DNA from: a bacterium UBP14_UBA6098
GTDB taxonomy: Bacteria > UBP14 > UBA6098
Length of the DNA stretch: 64,000 bases
NCBI GenBank assembly: GCA_002428525.1
Contig: DIWU01000014.1
Span: 16,637-80,636 of the forward strand
Direction: 5' to 3'
Part shown: positions 18,863 to 27,739 of the stretch, one piece after another
Layout: every line of letters begins with the position of its first letter
Numbering within the stretch: the stretch's first letter is position 1
Notes under the pieces: model-generated
Seen by the model: the letters and a program-made list of their open reading frames with translations, nothing else
Told to the model about the DNA's origin: nothing
Databases searched by the model: none
Translations under genes and position numbers: made by a program

Positions 18863-20576
18863 CTACTCGGATAGCTCCTCGAACAGCCTGTCCCAAAGAT
18901 CGATGATCGAATCCATCGCATCCTCGATGGAAACCTCGGTGGTCGTCTTCGTCTGGCGCTCGTAAATCTCTATCACACCGTTCTTTACGCCCTTGCCAAT
19001 CGTCACGCGGATCGGCACGCCGATCAGATCGGCATCCTTGAATTTAACCCCCGGGCGCGCGTCGCGGTCGTCGAGCAGAACATCGATGCCCTCATCGAGA
19101 AGCTCCTCGTAAATCGCAGTCGCGACAGACATAACCTCTTCATCCGCGACATTGACAGGTGTGATCACAACCTCGAAAGGCGCAATCGTGATCGGCCAAC
19201 GAATTCCGTCCCCGTCGGCGGAAAGCTCGATCGCCGCGGCGAGAATCCTCCCGACACCGATGCCGTAACTTCCCATCTGAATTGGCCTTGCGGCGCCCTC
19301 CTCGTCGAGGAAGGTCGCGCCCATCGGCTTGGAATACTTTGTGCCGAGCTTAAAGATATGACCTATCTCGATGGTTCTTATAAGGTTAAGAGGTTTTCCG
19401 CAATGAATGCAAGTATCGCCCTCGGCGACCATGCGAAGATCGACCTTTTTATACTCGCTAATATCTGTAAGCTTATATCCTACAATATGATAATCGACCT
19501 CGTTCGCTCCGGTCGCGAATGGAGCCTCGGAATCGACAGCCCTATCGACAAGGATCTCGAGCTTGGCATTTAGGCCGATAGGCCCCAAAAATCCTATCGG
19601 GACACCGGTGAGTTTGAGCACCTCTTCGGCCTCGGCGGGGCGAACCTTTTCTCCGCAAACGGCCTGAAGCTTCTCCTCGGAAAGCTCATGATCGCCGCGA
19701 AGGCATGCCATCACTGCCTTTCCGGATTGAGTGATATAGATTAACGATTTCAGAAGCTGTCCCTGAGGCAGTTTGAGGAAGCCTGAAACCTGCTCGATCG
19801 TGCGTTGTTCGGGGGTATGCACCTTGGCCTTCTCGCAAGAAACCCATTCGACGCTCGTCGGGAACGACTCGGCGATCTCGAGGTTCTGTGCAAAGCCGCA
19901 TTCACAGGTCGCGATGATATCCTCGCCGGATTCCGAGGGAACCATGAACTCCTCCGAGCCGGTGCCGCCCATCATTCCGCTCGACGCGCCGACAACGAAA
20001 TACTGCAGACCGCAACGCTCGAAGATCCGGCGATAGGCCTTTTCGTGGAGCTTGTAGGCCTCGTGAAGTTGGGCCTCGTCGGCGCAAAGTGTGTAGGAAT
20101 CCTTCATCAAAAACTCGCGAACACGGAGGATGCCGGAGCGCGGGCGCGGTTCGTCGCGGAATTTATTCTGAATTTGATACCATGTTTGCGGAAGCTCTTT
20201 GTAGCTCCGTATCTCGCCGCGCGCCAAGTCGGTGATAACCTCCTCGTGAGTCGGCGCAAGTGCCAGCTCCGTCCCGCGACGATCCTTGAAACGCGTCATG
20301 ATATCGCCCATGCCGACATCGCGGCCGGTCTCGGCCCATAGCTCCAAGGGGGTTGTCGAGGGCAGAAAGACCTCCTGCCCGCCGATCTCGTCCATCTCGT
20401 CGCGGATGATGTCCATCACGCGGAGCATGGAGCGCCAACCCAGCGGCAGATAGGTATAGACGCCGGCGGAGAGCTGGCGGATCATGCCGGCGCGGAGCAT
20501 GAGGATATGCGATTTCACCTGCGCGTCGGCGGGGACTTCTTTAAGTGTCGGTATAAATGCCTTTGACCAGAGCATA
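18863..20576 (-). CDS. proS: proline--tRNA ligase (bacterial type with editing domain)
   Basis: N-terminus MLWSKAFIPTLKEVPADAQVKSHILMLRAGMIRQ aligns with the E. coli ProRS N-terminus, and class II motifs are present. An alternative start lies 15 nt upstream. Confidence 0.9.
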
Positions 20577-20785
20577 ATGGTTTCCTTCATTTTGTGTAAA
20601 TTTCGAGGCTGAAAGATATACATAAAACCGTGTTTTAGCAAGCCCTTCGTTTTTTGGGGTTTCAATCGATTTCCTAATGAAATTTTCTCGACCCGAAAAG
20701 TTCAGAATTAGCTTTACTTTAAGGCCATCGGTCGATAATTTGTTCTTTCACACTTTTAGGCTTAAACAAAGAAAGGATAGTCGAA

Positions 20786-22027
20786 ATGGCATTAGTCAGA
20801 CCCTTCAAAGGGCTTCGCCCGAAACCCGCATTCGCGCAGAAGATCGCCTGCCTTCCCTACGATGTTCTCTCGAGCGAGGAGGCGCGAGAGCTTGCGAAAG
20901 ATAATCTGATCAGCTACCTTCATGTGGTGAAACCGGAGGTAGATCTCCCCGAACAAACCGACCTCTATTCCGACGAGGTTTACGAGATGGGCGCTGTCAA
21001 CCTGAAGAGGCTCATCGCCGCCGGATATATGATTCAAGATACCAAGCCGAGATTGTATGTTTACAAACAGGTTATGGGCGACCATTCGCAGATCGGCCTC
21101 GTGGCCTGCGCGAGTTGCGACGAGTATGACCGCGACATTATAAAAAAACACGAACTCACTCGGAAAAAGAAGGAAGACGACCGAACACGGCATATCTTAA
21201 CCCAAAACGCGCAAAGCGGACCGGTTTTCCTAATATACAAACATAAAGACCAAATCGATGCATTGATAAAGAAAGTCGTTGCCCAAAAACCCATCGTCGA
21301 TTTCACCGCCGAGGACGGAATCAAGCATACGCTCTGGATCGTCGAGGATTCGTCGATTGAATCGGCGATAGTCGAGGAATTCGCAAAGATCGACTACCTC
21401 TATGTCGCCGACGGCCACCATCGAAGCGCCAGCGCGAGCCGTGTTTGCGCCCAGCTGAAAGCGAATAATCCCAATCACACCGGCCAAGAGGAATATAACT
21501 TCTTCCTCTCGGTGATCTTCCCCGACAACCAGTTGAAGATACTCGATTACAACCGCGCGGTTAAAGACCTGAACGGCAATGACAAAGACGCCTTTATGGA
21601 AAAGATCGCCGAGAAATTCGATATCGCCGAAATAGGGCAAGAGCAATACAAGCCGAATGCGCTTCACGAATTCGGTATGTTCATCGACAAAGAATGGTAT
21701 AAACTCACGCCCAAGGCCGGTTCCTTCAACAACGCCGACCCCGTCGCCTCGCTCGATGTCTCGATCCTTCAAGAAAATCTCCTCGCGCCGATCCTCGGAA
21801 TCGGCGACCCCCGAACCGACGAACGTATCGACTTCATCGGCGGAATCCGCGGCCTCGGCGAACTGGAAAAGCTCGTCAATACAAAAAAAATGGCCGTCGC
21901 ATTCGCAATGTTCCCCACCGGAATCGACCAACTCATGGCCATCGCCGACGCGGGCAAGATTATGCCCCCAAAAAGCACTTGGTTCGAGCCTAAGCTCCGT
22001 AGCGGGATGGTTGTGCATCTATTGTAG
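20786..22027 (+). CDS. DUF1015 domain-containing protein
   Basis: N-terminal VRPFKGLRP....PYDVLSSEEAR is characteristic of DUF1015. Confidence 0.7.
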   Translation: MALVRPFKGLRPKPAFAQKIACLPYDVLSSEEARELAKDNLISYLHVVKPEVDLPEQTDLYSDEVYEMGAVNLKRLIAAGYMIQDTKPRLYVYKQVMGDHSQIGLVACASCDEYDRDIIKKHELTRKKKEDDRTRHILTQNAQSGPVFLIYKHKDQIDALIKKVVAQKPIVDFTAEDGIKHTLWIVEDSSIESAIVEEFAKIDYLYVADGHHRSASASRVCAQLKANNPNHTGQEEYNFFLSVIFPDNQLKILDYNRAVKDLNGNDKDAFMEKIAEKFDIAEIGQEQYKPNALHEFGMFIDKEWYKLTPKAGSFNNADPVASLDVSILQENLLAPILGIGDPRTDERIDFIGGIRGLGELEKLVNTKKMAVAFAMFPTGIDQLMAIADAGKIMPPKSTWFEPKLRSGMVVHLL

Positions 22028-22032
22028 CTTTC

Positions 22033-22181
22033 AACCGCCCCCGCCGGCGTCGCAGGCCTTCGAGGGCATAACCCTCGAAGGCCTCCGCATTTTCGCCGCG
22101 CACAATCGCTCTCGAAGATCGGCCGATTCATGCGGCGAAAATGCGTGGCGCGGAACGCGCGCGACGCCGGCGGGGGCGGTT
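22033..22181. repeat. REP/MITE-like palindromic intergenic element (copy 3) with 21-bp perfect terminal inverted repeats
   Basis: AACCGCCCCCGCCGGCGTCGC (22033-22053) is the exact reverse complement of GCGACGCCGGCGGGGGCGGTT (22161-22181). Nested perfect 13-bp hairpins lie at 22054-22084 and 22087-22144. Confidence 0.65.
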
Positions 22182-22234
22182 GGCGGAGTTCGATTTGGGA
22201 CATTGAAATTGGCTTTATATTTGCGTATTATTAA

Positions 22235-23896
22235 ATGATTATGGTATTGAGGTTTCGTGAAATAGGTCTTTTGCTTCTGCTGTCGGGGGCTTGCCTCACA
22301 GCCGAGGTTTCGCCGGCCGCCCTTAAGTATTACATCGACGGCATGGCCTTCGAGTTCGAGGGCGATTATGATCGCGCGCTGGGTAGCTATCTCATCGCTG
22401 AAACCTACGCCCCCGACAATCCGGAGATTCTGCTCACTTTGGCCGAGCTTTCTTTGGCCTATAACGAACCCGAACAAGCGCTTTCGTGGTTCACTCGGCT
22501 TGTGAATATCGACGACCAAAACGTCCATTACAGGCTTGGCGCGGCTGAGTCCGCGATTGAGGCACGTCAGATTCAGATCGCCTTCGAGAACCTCCAATGG
22601 CTGGTCGAGAATAAAAAAGCAGATTACGAAACACGTTTCCATTATGCCACTACTCTGTTGGCTCTTGGCAGAGAGCGAGAGGCGATCAAGGAATTGGGCC
22701 GCATTGCGAAGGATTTTCCGCAAAGCCCCGACCCGCATGGCCTTTTGGGAAGCATTCATCTCACAAATAACAACAACAAAAAGGCCATCGAGGCCTTTTC
22801 CCGAGCGATAGAAATAGACTCGAGCTATTCCCGCGGCTACTCCGGACTGATCGCGGCCTTGGAGGCCGAGGGTAGAATTGCCGAATCGCAGAGCTACCAG
22901 CTTCGTTATCTCGAGCTGAATCCCTTCGATCTCGAGGCGCACAGACGTTTGATCGGAAGCTTCATCGACACCGGCGACTTCGCCTCCGCCTACGAGATCG
23001 CCTCGTCATATATCCGAAAGATGCCGGAGGATTGGCCGATTGTCCGCCAGACAGCCTTCCTTGCCTTCACTGTCGGAGATTATGAGGAAGCCGTCCGACA
23101 TTTTCGAGACTATCTTGTGACCGCTCCAGACGATCGGGATGCGATAACATTCTTCGGTCGAGCGCTCTTCGAATGCGGCATGCCCCACGAAAGCATTGCG
23201 CAATACAAACTCGCCCTCGATATCCAACGGGACCCCGCCCTTTTTATCGATCTCGCCCTCGCGCTTTCGGAGGCCGATAGCGCAGACAGGGCATTGGACA
23301 TCCTCGAAATCGCGCGCACCGAGTTTCCGGAAAATCTCGCCGTGGTCTTTTACGAGGGCGTGATCTTCTCGCGAAGCCGCGAGTATAAGATGGCCATCGG
23401 AAGTTATTCGGAGGTCGTCACTCGCGAACCGGGCAATCTCCAAGCCCTATTTGGCCTAGGCGACGCACTCGAACGGCTCGGCCTCAGAGATTCCGCAATA
23501 TCGGTATTTCGGACAATTGTTAAAAAGGCGCCGGAAGACCCCCTCAGCGCCAACTACCTCGGCTATCTGCTCGTCGAGGAGAATCGCGAGCTTGCCCTCG
23601 CGGAAAAACTCATCTCTCTCGCAATCTCTAAGGATCCGTTAAATCCTTCATATATCGATAGTTATGGCTGGCTTCTTTATCGAAAAGGAAGGTTCCAGCA
23701 GGCCCTCGAAAAACTACTTTTAGCCGAGGAACTCGCGGAACCCGAAGACCCGGTTATTCTCGAACATATAGGCATTGTTCTCGAAGAAACCGGCGACAGC
23801 CTTAGGGCAATCGAATATTATATTCGAGCGATCGAAATCGACCCGCAACTTGAAAAATCACGCAAACGCCTCGAGGAGCTACAAAATGGGCAATGA
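22235..23896 (+). CDS. tetratricopeptide-repeat protein (signal peptide)
   Basis: N-terminal signal peptide and a multi-TPR architecture throughout. Confidence 0.7.
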   Translation: MIMVLRFREIGLLLLLSGACLTAEVSPAALKYYIDGMAFEFEGDYDRALGSYLIAETYAPDNPEILLTLAELSLAYNEPEQALSWFTRLVNIDDQNVHYRLGAAESAIEARQIQIAFENLQWLVENKKADYETRFHYATTLLALGREREAIKELGRIAKDFPQSPDPHGLLGSIHLTNNNNKKAIEAFSRAIEIDSSYSRGYSGLIAALEAEGRIAESQSYQLRYLELNPFDLEAHRRLIGSFIDTGDFASAYEIASSYIRKMPEDWPIVRQTAFLAFTVGDYEEAVRHFRDYLVTAPDDRDAITFFGRALFECGMPHESIAQYKLALDIQRDPALFIDLALALSEADSADRALDILEIARTEFPENLAVVFYEGVIFSRSREYKMAIGSYSEVVTREPGNLQALFGLGDALERLGLRDSAISVFRTIVKKAPEDPLSANYLGYLLVEENRELALAEKLISLAISKDPLNPSYIDSYGWLLYRKGRFQQALEKLLLAEELAEPEDPVILEHIGIVLEETGDSLRAIEYYIRAIEIDPQLEKSRKRLEELQNGQ

Positions 23897-24320
23897 TCTA
23901 TATTCTAAAAAGGTAATGGACCACTTCGCCGAACCGCACAATGTCGGCGAAATCCCCAACGCATCGGCCTCCGGTGATGCCGGAAATCCGCTCTGCGGCG
24001 ATATGATGCGGTTTTCGCTTAAAATCGAGAACAACATCATCGTCGATATCAAGTTTAAAACCTTCGGTTGCGCCGCGGCGATAGCCTCGTCGAGCGTGCT
24101 GACCGATATGGCAAAAGGGAAAACCCTCGAAGAGGCCTTCGCCCTCACGCGCGACAATGTCGTCGAGGAACTCGGCGGCCTTCCCCCCGTGAAGATCCAC
24201 TGTAGCATACTCGGGCTCGACGCGCTTCGCCGGGCGATATGCGAATATTGGCAGAAATCCGGAAAACTCTCCGAACACCCCGAGTGCATCAAGCTTTTTG
24301 GGGAACCATCCGAGCATTGA
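23886..24320 (+). CDS. nifU: Fe-S cluster assembly scaffold, NifU/IscU-type
   Basis: YSKKVMDHFAEPHNVG, GNPLCGDMM, FKTFGCAAAIASSS and HCSILGLDAL match the three-Cys plus His IscU signature. Confidence 0.8.
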   Translation: MGNDLYSKKVMDHFAEPHNVGEIPNASASGDAGNPLCGDMMRFSLKIENNIIVDIKFKTFGCAAAIASSSVLTDMAKGKTLEEAFALTRDNVVEELGGLPPVKIHCSILGLDALRRAICEYWQKSGKLSEHPECIKLFGEPSEH

Positions 24321-25375
24321 TGCCGCAGATTGGCGAATCGATAGATGCCCCGACCCTCGACAAATCGGTTCTCGTCGGCCTGTCCGGCGGAGTCGATTCT
24401 TCCGTGGCGGCCTTTTTGCTCAAGGAGGCCGGCGCAAACGTCACCGGCGTAACCTTCGATCTTAACGAAAACACTCGAAACATCGAAGAAGCTCAGGCTG
24501 TAGCCCAATTCCTCGGAATCGAACACCTCGTCGTCGATATGAGACAGCGCTTCGAGCATGCGATAATCCGCCCTTTCATCGCCGGCTATTCTAGGGCCTC
24601 GACACCGAACCCGTGCATCGAGTGCAACCTCCGAATGAAATGGGCCGGCCTCCTCGAAACAGCCGACAAGCACGGCATCGAGATGATTGCCACCGGCCAT
24701 TTCGCGAGGATCGAAAAGGGCTTAGTCCACCGCGGCATCGACCCCGATAAAGACCAATCCTACTTCCTATACCGCATTCAGCGCGAATGGCTCTCGCGGA
24801 CTGTCTTTCCGCTGGGCGAGTTTTTCAAATCCGATGTCAAACAACTCGCCCGACAGATCGGCCTGCCCCTTTCGGACAGGGCCGAATCGAACGATATATG
24901 CTTCATGAAAAAGGGCATGTTGGCGAGATTTCTCAGCGAGGCGGGTGTATCCGATAAACCGGGGGAAATCGTCGATGTGAACGGCAGAACCCTCGGCAAA
25001 CATAGCGGCTGGGCGTCCTTCACCCCCGGCCAACGCCGCGGCCTCGGGGTCGCCTCCGCGGAGGGTCGGCTTTATGTCGTCGAGATCGATCCGGCCGAGG
25101 CGCGTATAGTCCTCGGGCCGCGTGAAGCACTACTGAAAAGGACATTTGAGGTCGAAAACACAATCTTCCACGAGAGAGTTCAAATGGGCGACTCGATCGA
25201 TTGCGACATCCAAATTCGCCATCTCGGAGAGGTAATTCGAGGCAAGGTTCGCCGCACCGACGAACTCGCCGGAGAGGTTTCGCTGGAAAGGGGGATCTTC
25301 GCGCCCGCGCGCGGCCAGTCCGCAGTCTTTTACCGAGAAGATGCAGTCATCGGCGGTGGTTATATCCTCGTTTAG
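24320..25375 (+). CDS. mnmA: tRNA-specific 2-thiouridylase MnmA
   Basis: PP-loop LVGLSGGVDSSV, the catalytic NPCIECN motif and a C-terminal beta-barrel. Start overlaps the nifU stop (TGATG). Confidence 0.9.
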   Translation: MPQIGESIDAPTLDKSVLVGLSGGVDSSVAAFLLKEAGANVTGVTFDLNENTRNIEEAQAVAQFLGIEHLVVDMRQRFEHAIIRPFIAGYSRASTPNPCIECNLRMKWAGLLETADKHGIEMIATGHFARIEKGLVHRGIDPDKDQSYFLYRIQREWLSRTVFPLGEFFKSDVKQLARQIGLPLSDRAESNDICFMKKGMLARFLSEAGVSDKPGEIVDVNGRTLGKHSGWASFTPGQRRGLGVASAEGRLYVVEIDPAEARIVLGPREALLKRTFEVENTIFHERVQMGDSIDCDIQIRHLGEVIRGKVRRTDELAGEVSLERGIFAPARGQSAVFYREDAVIGGGYILV

Positions 25376-27117
25376 AAGTGCAAGTCCCCGATGAAGATAT
25401 CCTTTATCCTAAGCTGAAGTTGCGGGTAGCCGTAGTAGTCGTTGGATTCGACCACAAATGCCAAGTTGATCGGCTCGATCGCATTGTCGAGCGCATACTT
25501 CATCTCGCCAAATCCGAAGGCGATGGCGTCCAACGCTTTGCCCCCCGCGCGAATACGAAAGCGCAGATGGTTTTTGCCGACAATCCTCGCCGGCTCTAAA
25601 AGCTCCGCGTTCGTGATACAAAAGATAGGCCGCATATTCTTCGGGCCGTAGGGCGAGAAGAGCTTCAGCCAATCCAATAACTGCATATCGATTTCCGAGG
25701 CGTCAATCTTTGCGTCGATCTTCAGCTGTGGAACAAGGTCTTCCTCGGTCAGCCGTTCGTTGGCGACGCGCAAAAATTCGCGTCGGAAATCCTCGATCTT
25801 GTCGGGTTTGATACACAAGCCGGCGGCGTATTTGTGCCCCCCGAATTTCTCGAGGTGCTCGCTGGATTCCTTGATCGCGTCGAGCAGGTGGAAGCTGGAG
25901 ATAGTCCTCGCGCTTCCCTGTCCCTCGCCCTCGGCCGTCGAGATCAAGACAGCCGGACGGTGGTATTTCTCGACCAGTCGGCTCGCGACAATCCCGATAA
26001 CCCCGACATGCCAGTCGCCGGACTCGATCACGATAGCCTTGTCGTTATCGAGATCGACTGTTTTCTCGACCAGCTCGACCGCCTTCTCGAATATCTGCTC
26101 GTCGAGCTTCTTGCGCTTTTTGTTCTCCTCGTCGAGCAATCTCGCCATCTGTGCGGCATAAAAGGAATCGTTGGTTGTTAAAAGCTTAAATGCGCTCGAG
26201 GCGGAGCCTATACGCCCGACCGCGTTGAGCCGCGGCGCGAGGACAAAGACGATATTCCAGCTGAAAAGCTCCGTTCCCCATAGACTCGTCACCTGAAGCA
26301 GGCTTTTAAGGCCGGGCTTCTTAGTCGATTCGAGCTGACGAAGGCCGAACTTCGCAAGAATTCGGTTCTCGCCGGTCAAGGGGACAATATCGGCCACAGT
26401 GCCGAGCCCGACTAAATCGAGATGCTCGAAAAGCGCGCCTTTGTCCTCTCCAAGCTCGTTGAATATAGCCTCCGCAAGTTTGAAGGCCACTCCGACACCG
26501 GCCAATTCCCGCGAGGGCGAATCCTCCGCCCCGAGCTTCGGATCGACAAGGGCAACCGCGTTCGGAAGCCTTTCAGCGGGCTCGTGATGATCGGTGATAA
26601 CACAGTCTATGCCCTTCGAGGTGGCGTATTCGACCTCATCGACACCGGTGATTCCGCAGTCAACGGAGATCAGTAGCGTAACGCCCTTGCCGACCGCATC
26701 GTCGATACCGCCCTTGCTCAGGCCGTAACCCTCCTCGACCCTGTCGGGAAGATACCACTCGACATCGGCGCCGAACCGCGTCAAGACAAGATAAACAAGT
26801 GCCGTGGCTGTGATCCCGTCAACATCGTAGTCGCCAAAGATCACGATCTTCTCGTTATGAGCCAAAGCCGAAATCACCCGCTTGACAGCCTTCTCCATTC
26901 CGGGAAGCTCCATCGGGTCTAATAGGTCGTCCAGCGTGGGATAGAAGAAGGTCTTCATATCCTTGGCCGTGGTAACCTCGCGGTTGACCAGAATCTGGCT
27001 GATTATACGGGGAATATCAAGCTCTTTTGCAAGCTCTCTCGAAAGCCTCGGATTGATCTGCTCGGCGAGGGTCCAAATCATTGGATCCCCTTTCTGTGCT
27101 GTGCAGAAATCGGACAA
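25372..27117 (-). CDS. recJ: single-stranded-DNA-specific exonuclease RecJ
   Basis: DHH motifs (VIFGDYDVDGITA, DHH in VITDHHEP) and a DHHA1 domain. The real start may be the internal Met (MIWTLAEQ at 27081), because the first Met abuts rnpB. Confidence 0.85.
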   Translation of the reverse strand: MSDFCTAQKGDPMIWTLAEQINPRLSRELAKELDIPRIISQILVNREVTTAKDMKTFFYPTLDDLLDPMELPGMEKAVKRVISALAHNEKIVIFGDYDVDGITATALVYLVLTRFGADVEWYLPDRVEEGYGLSKGGIDDAVGKGVTLLISVDCGITGVDEVEYATSKGIDCVITDHHEPAERLPNAVALVDPKLGAEDSPSRELAGVGVAFKLAEAIFNELGEDKGALFEHLDLVGLGTVADIVPLTGENRILAKFGLRQLESTKKPGLKSLLQVTSLWGTELFSWNIVFVLAPRLNAVGRIGSASSAFKLLTTNDSFYAAQMARLLDEENKKRKKLDEQIFEKAVELVEKTVDLDNDKAIVIESGDWHVGVIGIVASRLVEKYHRPAVLISTAEGEGQGSARTISSFHLLDAIKESSEHLEKFGGHKYAAGLCIKPDKIEDFRREFLRVANERLTEEDLVPQLKIDAKIDASEIDMQLLDWLKLFSPYGPKNMRPIFCITNAELLEPARIVGKNHLRFRIRAGGKALDAIAFGFGEMKYALDNAIEPINLAFVVESNDYYGYPQLQLRIKDIFIGDLHF

Positions 27118-27472
27118 AGTGATTCGATTCTATAAGCCGGGTTCTGTCCCCGAATATCGGGGGGCGCCCATCTATCTAAATGCCGAATTGCTTCGACACT
27201 TCTGCGGCCTACCCGAGGGTCACAGGGGGAAGTCGCCCCTACCCTTCTATTTGGCCTTGCTCGACGCGGGGTTTTCCGCGGCCTTGCCTCTCGACAGACC
27301 GAGCGGTGTCTTACCTCCGCACTTTTCACCCTTACCCCCGAGGGGGCGGTATAGTTTCTGTGGCACTTTCCGTCCTTCGGAATAACCGAAAGCCCGGGAT
27401 TATCCCCGGCGCGCTGACTTCTCGAGCCCGGACTTTCCTCCCCATTGGGGCGGACGCCCGAATCGAATCATT
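27118..27472 (-). ncRNA. rnpB: RNase P RNA (bacterial type A)
   Basis: The minus strand contains GGAGGAAAGUCCGGGCUCGAGAAG (P4 strand), GGGUAAGGGUGAAAAGUGCGGAGGUAAGACACC, and ACAGAACCCGGCUUAUAG near the 3' end. P1 forms between 5'-GAUUCGAUUC and 3'-GAAUCGAAUC. Confidence 0.85.
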
Positions 27473-27685
27473 TAAGATATAAGGTCTCTTCCTTTCGTCA
27501 GATTTCTGCGCGTTAACGTTTACAATAAAAATTTATCAAAATTTTAAAGATAATATGAAAAATATTCTCTATTTCCATAAAAAGAAAGCGCCACGGTTAA
27601 TAACCCCGAGGCGATTTCATGCCGAGAACCTATACTCCCGTTGAATTCAAACCGCGAATAAAAACTTCAGGCCAAGATAAAAAAA

Positions 27686-27717
27686 TCGGGGAGGTCTATC
27701 CATGAAGGCCTCCCCGA
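27686..27717 (-). terminator. Rho-independent terminator (bidirectional-looking) for the 27740..29170 gene
   Basis: GGGGAGG...CCTCCCC stem flanked by an A-tract and a T-tract. On the minus strand the hairpin is followed by TTTTTTTATC. Confidence 0.5.
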
Positions 27718-27739
27718 AAATACTCACGAATCGCAAACT

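Noticed and set aside
21230-22018. 262-aa minus-strand ORF antisense to the DUF1015 gene
   Set aside because: The DUF1015 N-terminal signature on the plus strand is clear. The antisense translation is Asp/Glu/Gly-rich low complexity.
23879-24700. 273-aa minus-strand ORF spanning nifU/mnmA
   Set aside because: It is antisense to two strongly supported plus-strand genes.
26963-27482. ORFs 26963..27385(+), 27078..27329(-) and 27180..27482(+)
   Set aside because: They overlap the RNase P RNA gene. The region is non-coding RNA with clear P4 and P1 signatures.
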